DNA from: Gemmatimonadales bacterium
GTDB taxonomy: Bacteria; Gemmatimonadota; Gemmatimonadetes; Gemmatimonadales; Gemmatimonadaceae
Assembly: GCA_038325515.1 (NCBI GenBank)
Contig: JBBQJC010000011.1
Location: 6,025 to 70,024 of the forward strand
Reading direction: 5' to 3'
DNA: 64,000 nucleotides
The notes beneath the pieces were generated by a model. The model was given only the letters and a program-made list of their open reading frames with translations, did no database searches and was not told the origin of the DNA. The position numbers and the translations under genes are program-made. This document shows positions 54,176 through 62,016 of this stretch, in pieces. Positions within the stretch are counted from its first letter, which is position 1. Every line of letters starts with the position of its first letter.

Positions 54176-56944
54176 ATGGAGCCACTTGCCGCGGACGGTC
54201 CACGGGTCTCGTTTCTCGGCGGCGCGTCGATCCAGGTGGGCGGCGTCCCCATCGGCGGGCGGGCGACGCACCGGCATCCCCTCGCCCTGCTCGCCCTCCT
54301 CGCCGCGAGCCGGGGCCGCCCGCTCACGCGCGACAAGCTCATCGCCCTCCTCTGGCCGGAGCGCGACGCCGACGCCGCCCGCAACCTGCTCAAGGTCGCC
54401 GTCCACGAGCTCCGCAAAGCGCTCGGCGACGACGCGATCCGCACCACGGGCGACCAGCTCAGCGCCAACCTCGCCGCCCTCTCCTGCGACGTCTGCGACT
54501 TCGCCGCCGCGCTCGACCGTGGCGACGACGGCGCCGCCGCCGAGTGCTACGCCGGCCCCTTGCTCGACGGCTTCTTCCTCAAGGACGCGACGGACTTCGA
54601 GCGCTGGGCCGACGGCGAGCGCGCTCGGCTCGGCAACCTTTTCGCTGGCGCCCTCGAGCGGCTGGCTGTCGCGGTCGAGCAAGCCGGTGACGCCGACGCC
54701 GCGGTGCGCTGGCGACGGGCGCATGCGGCGCACGAGCCGTACAGGCCCGACGTGGCCGACCGCCTCATCCGTGCCCTCGCCGCCGCCGGCGACCGCGCCG
54801 GCGCGATACGGGCTGCCGAGTCGTTCGCGGCACGTCGGCGCGCCGACCTGGAGATCACCGACGACCACGACATCGTCGCGATGGCGCGCGGGCTGGCGAG
54901 CGGGTATGTGCCGCCTCCCCCCGCCCCTTCACGCGAGCGTGACGCGAGCACTTCTGCGCGGAACTCTTCACAGCCCCGCGAGGCGCAGCCTTCGCGCGCA
55001 GGGGCAGTGTCAGTCGCCACAGCCGTTCCGCGCCGCAGACGCAACTCGCGCTGGCTCGCCGGCGTTGCAACGGTCGTCGCGCTCGCCGCCGTGGCTCTCG
55101 TCGCCGCTCGGCGCGCGCGGACTCCCGCCGGCGATCGTGTCGTCGTCGCGCCATTCCACGTCGTCGGCCGCGACTCCTCGCTCGGCGACGCGCTCGTCAC
55201 ACTCCTCTCGGCACGCTTCTCCGGCGACGACGCGCCAGGTGCCGGTGCAGCGAGTCGCGTGGCCGGCGAGATAGTCAGCGCCGCCGACTCGGTCGTCGTC
55301 ACCGCGCGCCTGTACTCCGCGAGCGACTCCGTTCCCATCGCCAGCGCGCGCGTCGACGCTGCAAGTGGCGCGTCCCCCGCGCGCATCGCCGACCGGCTGG
55401 CGATCGAGCTGATGGCACGCGCCGCCGGCGAGCCGGACGATCACGTCGCGATGCTCCTCGCGCGCCCCCTGCTGCCGGCGCGCACCTTCATCGCCGCGCA
55501 GCTCGCGTACCGCGCGGCGCGCTACGCGCGCGCCGAGAGCCTCTACGTGCGCGCGCTCGACGCCGACTCGGCGTTCGCCGCGGCGGGGCTCGGGCTCGCG
55601 CTGGCGAACAGCTGGACAGGGATCAGCGGCAACTATGGCGTCGGCCGCGATGCGGTGCTCCATCATCTCGGCGCGCTGAGCCAGCGCGACCGCGCCTTCG
55701 CCCGCGCCTTCTTCGGCCCCGATCCCGCGCTCGGTCCGCCCCGTCCCGCCCCCGTGTATCTCGCCGCGTGGGAGGATGTCGTAGAGCGCTGGCCCGACTG
55801 GACCGAGGCCTGGTACCAGCTGGGCGACCGCTACTATCACCTTGGCGGCGTGTCGGGGCTTGCCGACGCGGGCGACCGCGCGCGCCTCGCCTTCCGTCGC
55901 GCGCTGCAGCGCGACCCGAGCTTCGCCGCGCCGCTGCACCATCTCGTGGAGCTGTACGCGGCGCGGCGTGAGCTGCCCGAGCTGCGCGACGCGGGCGCTC
56001 GCTACTTCGCCGCCAACCCGTCGGTCGCGCGCGACAGCTCGGCCATCGGCTGGGAGATGGCCGCGGCACTCGGCGACGCTGCCTGGCTGGCGCGGCTGCG
56101 GGCGGCGTTCGACGCGATGCCGCGCGAGGACCTCGCACGCATCGCCTGGGTGACCGACGCCAACGGCTGGCCGCGCGGAGATGCCGAGCGATCGGCATCC
56201 CTTCTCGAGCGAAGGGCGAGCGTGACGAGCGAGCGGGAGCGGGCGTTGATGCTGGAGTGCGCGCTGCGGCTCAATGGAGGGCAGCCGTTAAGGGCACGGG
56301 AGGCGGCATCGCGGCTCGGGGCGCTGTTTCCGGGCAGGCCTGTGGCGGCGCTGTGGGATCTGTTCGCGGCGCTGTTCGGCGATGGAGATCCGGTGCTGGC
56401 CCAGTCGGCCGCGTCGGGGCTGGCGGTCTTCGCGCGGGGGAGTGTGCCGCGCGATCATGTGGCGCGGGACCAGCATCATCTGGCGGCGTGTCTGTATGGG
56501 TACTGGAGCGCCTCGCGTGGCGATCTTGCTACAGCTGGTGTCGTGGTTTCTCGCCTGCGGGAGGCGATGCGTGCCGAAGACAACAACTTCGCGCGGCGGA
56601 ATGGCGAAGTGTGCCTGGCGATGCTCTCGGCGTCGGTCGCGGTGCGCTCGCGCGCTCCCGATGCGCCGGTGCTCGTCGCGCGGCTGGATACGCTGCTGCT
56701 GCGCGAGCGGGTGCCGCCACACGCGATCCTCGAGGCGGGGACCATCGTAGCGGCGCGGCTGCATGCGTCGCTCGGCGATACGGCGGCGGCTCTGGTCGCG
56801 GCGAGAAGGCGGGAGCATCTCACCGGGGAGCCGTTCTTTCTGGCGACGCAGTTGCGGGAGGAGGCTCTTTATGCGCGCGCCCTCGGCGATGCGGATGGGG
56901 CGGCGCGAGCGCAGGCGCATCTGAGGGCGTTGCGGGGGCGGTGA
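54176..56944 (+). CDS. SARP/AfsR-like regulator: OmpR-type winged helix + BTAD domain, one TM segment, large TPR-like C-terminal region
   Basis: 'RHPLALLALLAASRGRPLTRDKLIALLWPERDADAARNLLKVAVHELRKALG' (winged helix). 'CDFAAALDRGD...AECYAGPLLDGF' (BTAD). TM segment 'WLAGVATVVALAAVALVAA'. Confidence 0.8.
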   Translation: MEPLAADGPRVSFLGGASIQVGGVPIGGRATHRHPLALLALLAASRGRPLTRDKLIALLWPERDADAARNLLKVAVHELRKALGDDAIRTTGDQLSANLAALSCDVCDFAAALDRGDDGAAAECYAGPLLDGFFLKDATDFERWADGERARLGNLFAGALERLAVAVEQAGDADAAVRWRRAHAAHEPYRPDVADRLIRALAAAGDRAGAIRAAESFAARRRADLEITDDHDIVAMARGLASGYVPPPPAPSRERDASTSARNSSQPREAQPSRAGAVSVATAVPRRRRNSRWLAGVATVVALAAVALVAARRARTPAGDRVVVAPFHVVGRDSSLGDALVTLLSARFSGDDAPGAGAASRVAGEIVSAADSVVVTARLYSASDSVPIASARVDAASGASPARIADRLAIELMARAAGEPDDHVAMLLARPLLPARTFIAAQLAYRAARYARAESLYVRALDADSAFAAAGLGLALANSWTGISGNYGVGRDAVLHHLGALSQRDRAFARAFFGPDPALGPPRPAPVYLAAWEDVVERWPDWTEAWYQLGDRYYHLGGVSGLADAGDRARLAFRRALQRDPSFAAPLHHLVELYAARRELPELRDAGARYFAANPSVARDSSAIGWEMAAALGDAAWLARLRAAFDAMPREDLARIAWVTDANGWPRGDAERSASLLERRASVTSERERALMLECALRLNGGQPLRAREAASRLGALFPGRPVAALWDLFAALFGDGDPVLAQSAASGLAVFARGSVPRDHVARDQHHLAACLYGYWSASRGDLATAGVVVSRLREAMRAEDNNFARRNGEVCLAMLSASVAVRSRAPDAPVLVARLDTLLLRERVPPHAILEAGTIVAARLHASLGDTAAALVAARRREHLTGEPFFLATQLREEALYARALGDADGAARAQAHLRALRGR

Positions 56945-56952
56945 GCGGCCTC

Positions 56953-57068
56953 TGTCATCCCGCGTGAGCGCAGCGCCCCTGTCATCCCGCGCGAGCGCAG
57001 CGCCCCTCTCATCCGGCGCGAGCGCAGCGCCCCTGTCATCCCGCGCCAGCGCAGCGAGCGTCGGGATC
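56953..57068 (+). repeat. REP-like element expanded into an array: three 27-nt half-units plus one full palindromic unit (57034..57068)
   Basis: Units are tgtcatcccgcgtgagcgcagcgcccc / tgtcatcccgcgcgagcgcagcgcccc / tctcatccggcgcgagcgcagcgcccc / tgtcatcccgcgccagcgcagcgagcgtcgggatc. The array starts 9 nt after the regulator stop. Confidence 0.85.
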
Positions 57069-57318
57069 TCCCCGAACAACAACGTAGTCCGGGACCACGG
57101 AAGCACCTGGACATACGGCGCGAGCACCAATCGTTCAAGCGTGGCGCGATTCCGCCCGCTCCGGCGCGCAGCTCCGCGGCGACGACCGCGCTCAGATGTA
57201 GGCCGGCCGCGGCCTGAGACGAGAATGTTTCCAGAGCAGCTCGCCGCTCGGCGTCGTGTGTGGCGTCGATGAAGCAGCTCGTTTCCAGAATGTACTTTCT
57301 CAGCTTCCGGGCGGGCAC
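57069..57318 (-). pseudogene. VapC-like PIN toxin remnant (frameshifted, 3' end replaced by REP array)
   Basis: GTG at 57318, then 'RKYILETSCFIDATHDAERRAALETFSSQAAAGLHLSAVVAAELRAGA'. The continuation 'LERLVLAPYVQVLPW...' is only in another frame. The reading frame then runs into the REP units. Confidence 0.45.
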
Positions 57319-57326
57319 GCGAGCGC

Positions 57327-57479
57327 TCAGTCGAGGCGGGTCAGCGCGAGGCCGCGAAGGGCGCGCGCGCCGGCGGCCAGGTCGCGCCGGAACGCCACGA
57401 GCTCGAGGGCGACTTCCACAGTCTCGCGCTCGGTGGCCGTTCCGAGAAACGCCTGCGCCGCGCCGTCCAGTCCGTACGG
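57327..57479 (-). pseudogene. VapB-like (DUF2191-type) antitoxin remnant preceded by in-frame TAG
   Basis: 'PYGLDGAAQAFLGTATERETVEVALELVAFRRDLAAGARALRGLALTRLD*'. TAG at 57480..57482 removes the N-terminus, and there is no start codon. Confidence 0.4.
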
Positions 57480-57649
57480 CTACAACGTCAGCCCGTCGTC
57501 GGCGGCGTCCCTTTTTCGCCAGCACCTGCGTAAACGGAGCCGCGATTCGCGGCGCTCGGCCGGCGAGCCGAAGCGGTTGGCGCGCCGCCCGCTCGCGATC
57601 GCATGCGCTGCGCGCCGGGACTGGCCCCCAGGCCAGCCCCGGCGTGCGT

Positions 57650-58003
57650 CTAAAGGCCCGCCGTCTTCTTGAGCTGCATGATCGCCATGCCGACGGCGCT
57701 GGAGGCGGTCGCGAAGCCGCTGCCCAGTGCGAGCATCGCCTCGGCGTCGTCGTACCGCTTGGCATTGATCGCCGATGCCACCTTGCCCGCTTCGGCGTGG
57801 AACGCGGCGTGCTTCGCCAGGCACTCGGCATGGCTCGCCGTCTGGCCGTACTTCGTCTTCGCCTCGCCGTGCAGCCACTGGCCGAGCTCGCAGGCGTTGT
57901 CCTTCGCGATGGTTGCGGCGTCCATCGTCTCCTTCTTCGTGATCGCCGCACGCAGCTTCACCTTCCACTCGGCGTGCTTGCCGATCGCATTGTCGAGATC
58001 CAT
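57650..58003 (-). CDS. Stand-alone CZB (chemoreceptor zinc-binding) domain protein
   Basis: 'HAEWKVKLRAAI', 'CELGQWLHG' and 'HAECLAKHAAFHAEAG' give the His/Cys zinc-ligand pattern of CZB. Confidence 0.75.
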   Translation of the reverse strand: MDLDNAIGKHAEWKVKLRAAITKKETMDAATIAKDNACELGQWLHGEAKTKYGQTASHAECLAKHAAFHAEAGKVASAINAKRYDDAEAMLALGSGFATASSAVGMAIMQLKKTAGL

Positions 58004-58348
58004 GGGTCGCTCCTGGCGTGAGTTGTCGATGCGCTTTACAGGAAGATCGGCCGCCAGGTGCGCGCGCTAAGTAGGGAGGATTACTGAAGTCGTGTGGGGA
58101 AGATCGCCCGGCGTGGATGAACAGCGCTCCCAGCAGCAGGTAACGCGCGCATGAGGCTCACGCATGGGCACGTCGTGCGAGAGCTGCGACGCCGCCCGGA
58201 GCAGCGACAGAACGACGGTCTCCTTCCGCAGACACCAGATCGCGAGCGACCAGGGCGAGGCGGGCGATCCACGAATTTGCTTGCACCCTGGCGAGCGCCG
58301 CTCCACCTTCGTCGGGCTATTTCCGATGTGGAGCACTTACGCCCGCGC

Positions 58349-58354
58349 AAGGAG
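58349..58354 (+). promoter_or_regulatory. Shine-Dalgarno sequence (AAGGAG) for the long form of lanA
   Basis: AAGGAG, then an 8-nt spacer (cagaacaa), then the ATG at 58363. Confidence 0.5.
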
Positions 58355-58362
58355 CAGAACAA

Positions 58363-58848
58363 ATGCCTGCAATGGACGAGGAGGAGGGACGGCCTGCTGC
58401 TGCTGAACCGATCGCCGACGAAAGTGATACGAGGCGCGAGGCGCTGAAGCGAGTCGGACTCGCGGCCGCGGGTCTGGCGGCCGCATCGCTGTTGCCGTTC
58501 GGATCGAGCGCTCACGGCGCGAGCCTGCCGACGGGCATGGCTGACGACGAGGACTTCGAGGAGAGGGTCGTCATGCGCGCATTCAAGGACGACGCATTCC
58601 GCAAGCGGCTCCTCGCCGATCCGCGGCGGGCCGTCGCCGAAGTGCTGGGCAAGGATTTCCCCGCTGGCATCGACATCAAGGTCGTTCAGGAGTCGCCGAC
58701 CACGGTCTACCTCGTGCTGCCCGCTGCCGAGCCGGCCACGCGGGTGAGGCCAGGCGGCACAGGCGCCCCCGGGCTCCCCTTCCACAGCCGGTGGCGCTGT
58801 TGCAATCACGACCTCACCTGCACGAGGAAGGGCAGGCCGGCGGGATGA
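58363..58848 (+). CDS. lanA: Lanthipeptide precursor with NHLP (nitrile hydratase-like) leader domain; the long form has an N-terminal Tat-like signal
   Basis: 'FEERVVMRAFKDDAFRKRLLADPRRAVAEVLGKDFPAGIDIKVVQESPTTVYLVLPAAEP' matches the NHLP leader pattern. 'RPGG' is followed by the Cys/Ser/Thr-containing tail 'TGAPGLPFHSRWRCCNHDLTCTRKGRPAG'. lanM lies 81 nt downstream. An alternative start is Met59 at 58537. Confidence 0.8.
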   Translation: MPAMDEEEGRPAAAEPIADESDTRREALKRVGLAAAGLAAASLLPFGSSAHGASLPTGMADDEDFEERVVMRAFKDDAFRKRLLADPRRAVAEVLGKDFPAGIDIKVVQESPTTVYLVLPAAEPATRVRPGGTGAPGLPFHSRWRCCNHDLTCTRKGRPAG

Positions 58849-58929
58849 GTTGACACCGGTATCTCTCGGCGGCGCCGCCGCGTTCGTCGGCCGCCGAGGA
58901 TACTGCCGGTCAGCGCGAGACGCCTGTCC

Positions 58930-61900
58930 ATGACGTCTCCTCGGACCGACGCGGATCTCCGCGCGCTCGTCGAACGCGCCAGCTCGCGCGGAGAGCGGCT
59001 CGATCCCCTCTTCGGCACGAGCGACGCACCGCTCCCCGCTTGGACGAGCACCCTCCTCGGAGCCCTCGATGTGGCGGCAGCGCTCGCGAATCCCTCCGGC
59101 GCCACGGCAGATCGTGCCCTCGCTTCCGGCGAAGTGCTGCCGTTCGAGGAGATCGTGCTCCCGTTCGTGATACAGGCGCGCGCGATGCTGCCCTCCAGAG
59201 TGGTCGAGACCCACCTTTCGCCCGCCGCGTGGGCCACGCTCGAGCGCGCGTTGCTACGACAGCTCGTAGGTCTGTTCATGCGCCCGCTCTACGCGGAATT
59301 CGCGGCGCTGCGCGCTACGCGGCGGTCGGCATTCTCCCGGCTGCTGGCGCGTGAGGGCTCGGACAGCGAGTATCGCGCGTTCGTGGCGCGGATGCACTCC
59401 GGCGGTCTGGCCCTGCTCCTCGCTGAGCTCCCCGTCCTGGCGCGCGCCGCCGCGCAGGCGACCGACCAGTGGCTCGAGACCACCGTCGAATTTCTCGGTC
59501 GGCTCGCCGCCGATCGCACCGCGATCGCGGCGGCGTGCTCGCCCCACGCCCACCCCGGTGAGGTCGTCGCCGTCATGACTGGGTTGTCGGACGCCCATCA
59601 TGGCGGCAGGACCGTGGCCGAAGTGCGGTTCGCCTCGGGGCTGCGCGTCATCTACAAGTCGAGAGATGTCGGAATCGAGCAGGCCTTCTTCGCCCTGCTC
59701 GCCTGGCTGAACGGGCACAGCGGCCTGCTCCCCCTGCGCGAGCTGCTCGTGCTCGAGCGCCCGGGCTATGGCTGGCTGGAGTTCGTCGATCATCTGCCCT
59801 GCACCAGCGAGGCAGAGGCCGATCGCTACTTCCGGCGCGCCGGGATGCTCCTCGCCCTCGTCTACGCGCTGGGCGGCGATGACTGCCATGGCGAGAACGT
59901 CATCGCGTCGGGTGAGCATCCCGTCCTGGTCGATCTCGAGACGATCATGCGCCCCATTCCCCCCGATGCGTCGAGCCCCCCGCCCGGCGCGGATGCGCAG
60001 TTTCTTGCTCGGCTGCGCTTTCAGGACAGCGTCCTCGGCACGGGCTTCCTGCCGCGCTGGGAGACCGACAACGAGAGCGGCAGCATCGACGTCAGCGGAC
60101 TTGGCGGTGAGGTGGAGCAGACGAGCATCGACCACTTTCCCCGCTGGGCCAACGTCAATACCGATCGCATGAGCCTGGAGTACGCGCTCGGAGACGTGTC
60201 CCCGGCCGAGAACGTTCTTCGACTCGGGGACCGCCCGCTGCCGGTGGCATCGTACGCGGACTCCCTCATCGAGGGCTTTCGCTCGATGTACTCGCTCATC
60301 CTGTCGCAACGCGACGCGATGCTCGCGCCGGATGGCCCGCTGGGCGCGTTCGCCAACCACACCGTCCGCTTCGTGCTTCGCTCGACGCACGTCTACGCCA
60401 GGACCCTCGAGGCCAGCCTCGATCCCGCGGTGTTGCACGACGGTGCGCGGCGGAGCATGGAGCTCGACGTCCTGCGCCGCTCGCTCGGCCCGGACCTCGA
60501 CCCGCGGGCGCTGGCCACGCTTCACAGGGCCGAGCAGGCGGCGCTCGAGTCGTTCGACGTCCCGCACTTCTCCACCTCGGCTGCTTCCCGGTCGCTCACC
60601 CTCGGCGATGGCCTCACGCTCGTCGATTACCTGGAGCAGTCACCATTCGACCGCTCCATCGCGCGAATCCGTGGACTCGATCGCGATGACCTCGACGTGC
60701 AGGTCGCCTTCATCCGTGCCGCGCTGCTTGCCTCCGTTGCCGTGGATGCCGGGATGGAGGGAAGTGACGATATGCTCGACGACGATACGCCGATGTCGCG
60801 CGAGGACTTGATCTCGGCAGTCCGCGCGATCGCCACCCAGCTCCACGCGACGGCGATCCGCTCTCCCAACGGGAGCGCGAGCTGGATCGGCCTGGGATTC
60901 CTTCCCCTGGCGCAACGGTTCCAGCTTCAGCCCATTCGCGGCGATCTCTATAGCGGCGTCGCGGGTATCGCGGTCTTTCTCGCCGCGCTGGAACAGGTGA
61001 CGGGAGAGGCCGGGCACGCGCTCGCGCTGAGCGCGCTGCTGCCCCTGCGACGGGATGTCTCGCACCACGGTGACGACCTCGCCCGGAGCGTGGGGATCGG
61101 AGGCGCGACGGGACTCGGGTCGATCGTGTACGGATTCGTTCACACCGCGAGACTCCTTCGCGACCCCTCTCTGCTCGAAGACGCGCGAAGCGCCGCCGCG
61201 CTGATCTCGCTCGACCTGATCGCCAGCGACGTGGCGCTCGACGTCATCGCCGGCGCCGCGGGAGCTCTGCTCGGCCTGTTGGCGCTGCACGACGCGACGC
61301 CGGAGCCGTGGGTGCTGGAGCGCGCCATCGCCTGTGGAGAGCATCTCGTTCGGCAGCGGATCGAGATGCCCGACGGCCGGCGCGTGTGGCAAACGATACC
61401 TGAGGAATCGCCGCTGACCGGCTTCGCGCACGGCGCCGCGGGAATTGCCTACGCGCTGCTTCGCCTGTCGGCGCAGGCCGGCCCCTCCGAGTCATCTGCA
61501 TTCGAGGCTGCCGCGATCGATGGGATCGCCTACGAGCAGAGCCTGTTCGTGCAGGGCTCGCGCAATTGGCCCGATGTGAGAGAGCCCCTCGGCGCCGATG
61601 GACAGCCCGTCTGCCGCACCGCCTGGTGTCACGGTGCGCCGGGCATCGCTCTCGCACGTCTCGGTGGACTGGCGTCGCTCGACACACCCGGCGTGCGAGC
61701 CGACGTGGACGCCGGACTGGAGACGACGCTGCGGTTCGGTGTGGGAGCCTTCGATCATCTCTGCTGCGGCGGGGCGGGCCGCATCGACGCACTCATCGAA
61801 GGCGCGCGCCGGCTGCACCGCCCCGAGCTGCTCGACGCCGCCAATCGACTGGCCGCACGCATGGTGCGTCGGGCGCGGCGAGCCAGCGGCTATGCCACAC

Positions 61901-62016
61901 AGGGCGGCAATGGTTCCGTCTCGCCCGGGCTCTTTCACGGCACAGCGGGGATCGGCTACACGCTGCTGCGTCTCATCGCCCCCGACGCGCTGCCCTCGGT
62001 CCTGCTCTGGGAGTGA
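58930..62016 (+). CDS. lanM: Class II lanthipeptide synthetase LanM (DUF4135 dehydratase domain + LanC-like cyclase domain)
   Basis: 1028 aa. 'GLSDAHHGGRTVAEVRFASGLRVIYKSRD', 'YGWLEFVDH', 'DCHGENVIASGEHPVLVDLE' (dehydratase/kinase-like region). Cyclase motifs 'SGVAGIAVFL', 'GFAHGAAGIAYAL', 'AWCHGAPGIALARL', 'HLCCGGAGRID', 'GLFHGTAGIGYTLLRL'. Confidence 0.92.
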   Translation: MTSPRTDADLRALVERASSRGERLDPLFGTSDAPLPAWTSTLLGALDVAAALANPSGATADRALASGEVLPFEEIVLPFVIQARAMLPSRVVETHLSPAAWATLERALLRQLVGLFMRPLYAEFAALRATRRSAFSRLLAREGSDSEYRAFVARMHSGGLALLLAELPVLARAAAQATDQWLETTVEFLGRLAADRTAIAAACSPHAHPGEVVAVMTGLSDAHHGGRTVAEVRFASGLRVIYKSRDVGIEQAFFALLAWLNGHSGLLPLRELLVLERPGYGWLEFVDHLPCTSEAEADRYFRRAGMLLALVYALGGDDCHGENVIASGEHPVLVDLETIMRPIPPDASSPPPGADAQFLARLRFQDSVLGTGFLPRWETDNESGSIDVSGLGGEVEQTSIDHFPRWANVNTDRMSLEYALGDVSPAENVLRLGDRPLPVASYADSLIEGFRSMYSLILSQRDAMLAPDGPLGAFANHTVRFVLRSTHVYARTLEASLDPAVLHDGARRSMELDVLRRSLGPDLDPRALATLHRAEQAALESFDVPHFSTSAASRSLTLGDGLTLVDYLEQSPFDRSIARIRGLDRDDLDVQVAFIRAALLASVAVDAGMEGSDDMLDDDTPMSREDLISAVRAIATQLHATAIRSPNGSASWIGLGFLPLAQRFQLQPIRGDLYSGVAGIAVFLAALEQVTGEAGHALALSALLPLRRDVSHHGDDLARSVGIGGATGLGSIVYGFVHTARLLRDPSLLEDARSAAALISLDLIASDVALDVIAGAAGALLGLLALHDATPEPWVLERAIACGEHLVRQRIEMPDGRRVWQTIPEESPLTGFAHGAAGIAYALLRLSAQAGPSESSAFEAAAIDGIAYEQSLFVQGSRNWPDVREPLGADGQPVCRTAWCHGAPGIALARLGGLASLDTPGVRADVDAGLETTLRFGVGAFDHLCCGGAGRIDALIEGARRLHRPELLDAANRLAARMVRRARRASGYATQGGNGSVSPGLFHGTAGIGYTLLRLIAPDALPSVLLWE

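Noticed and set aside
58850-58933. Alternate-frame peptide between lanA and lanM: (TTG)TPVSLGG-AAAFVGRRGYCRSARDACP*. It has a double-Gly motif, two Cys and one Ser, and a stop that overlaps the lanM ATG (ATGA). The same frame upstream reads '...STAGGAVAITTSPARG...'.
   Set aside because: There is no ATG or GTG start and no RBS. Third-position GC in this frame is poorer than in the annotated lanA frame across 58784..58866. The NHLP domain is in the other frame, so a frameshift would be needed. It is worth a look only if MS finds no product from the annotated core.
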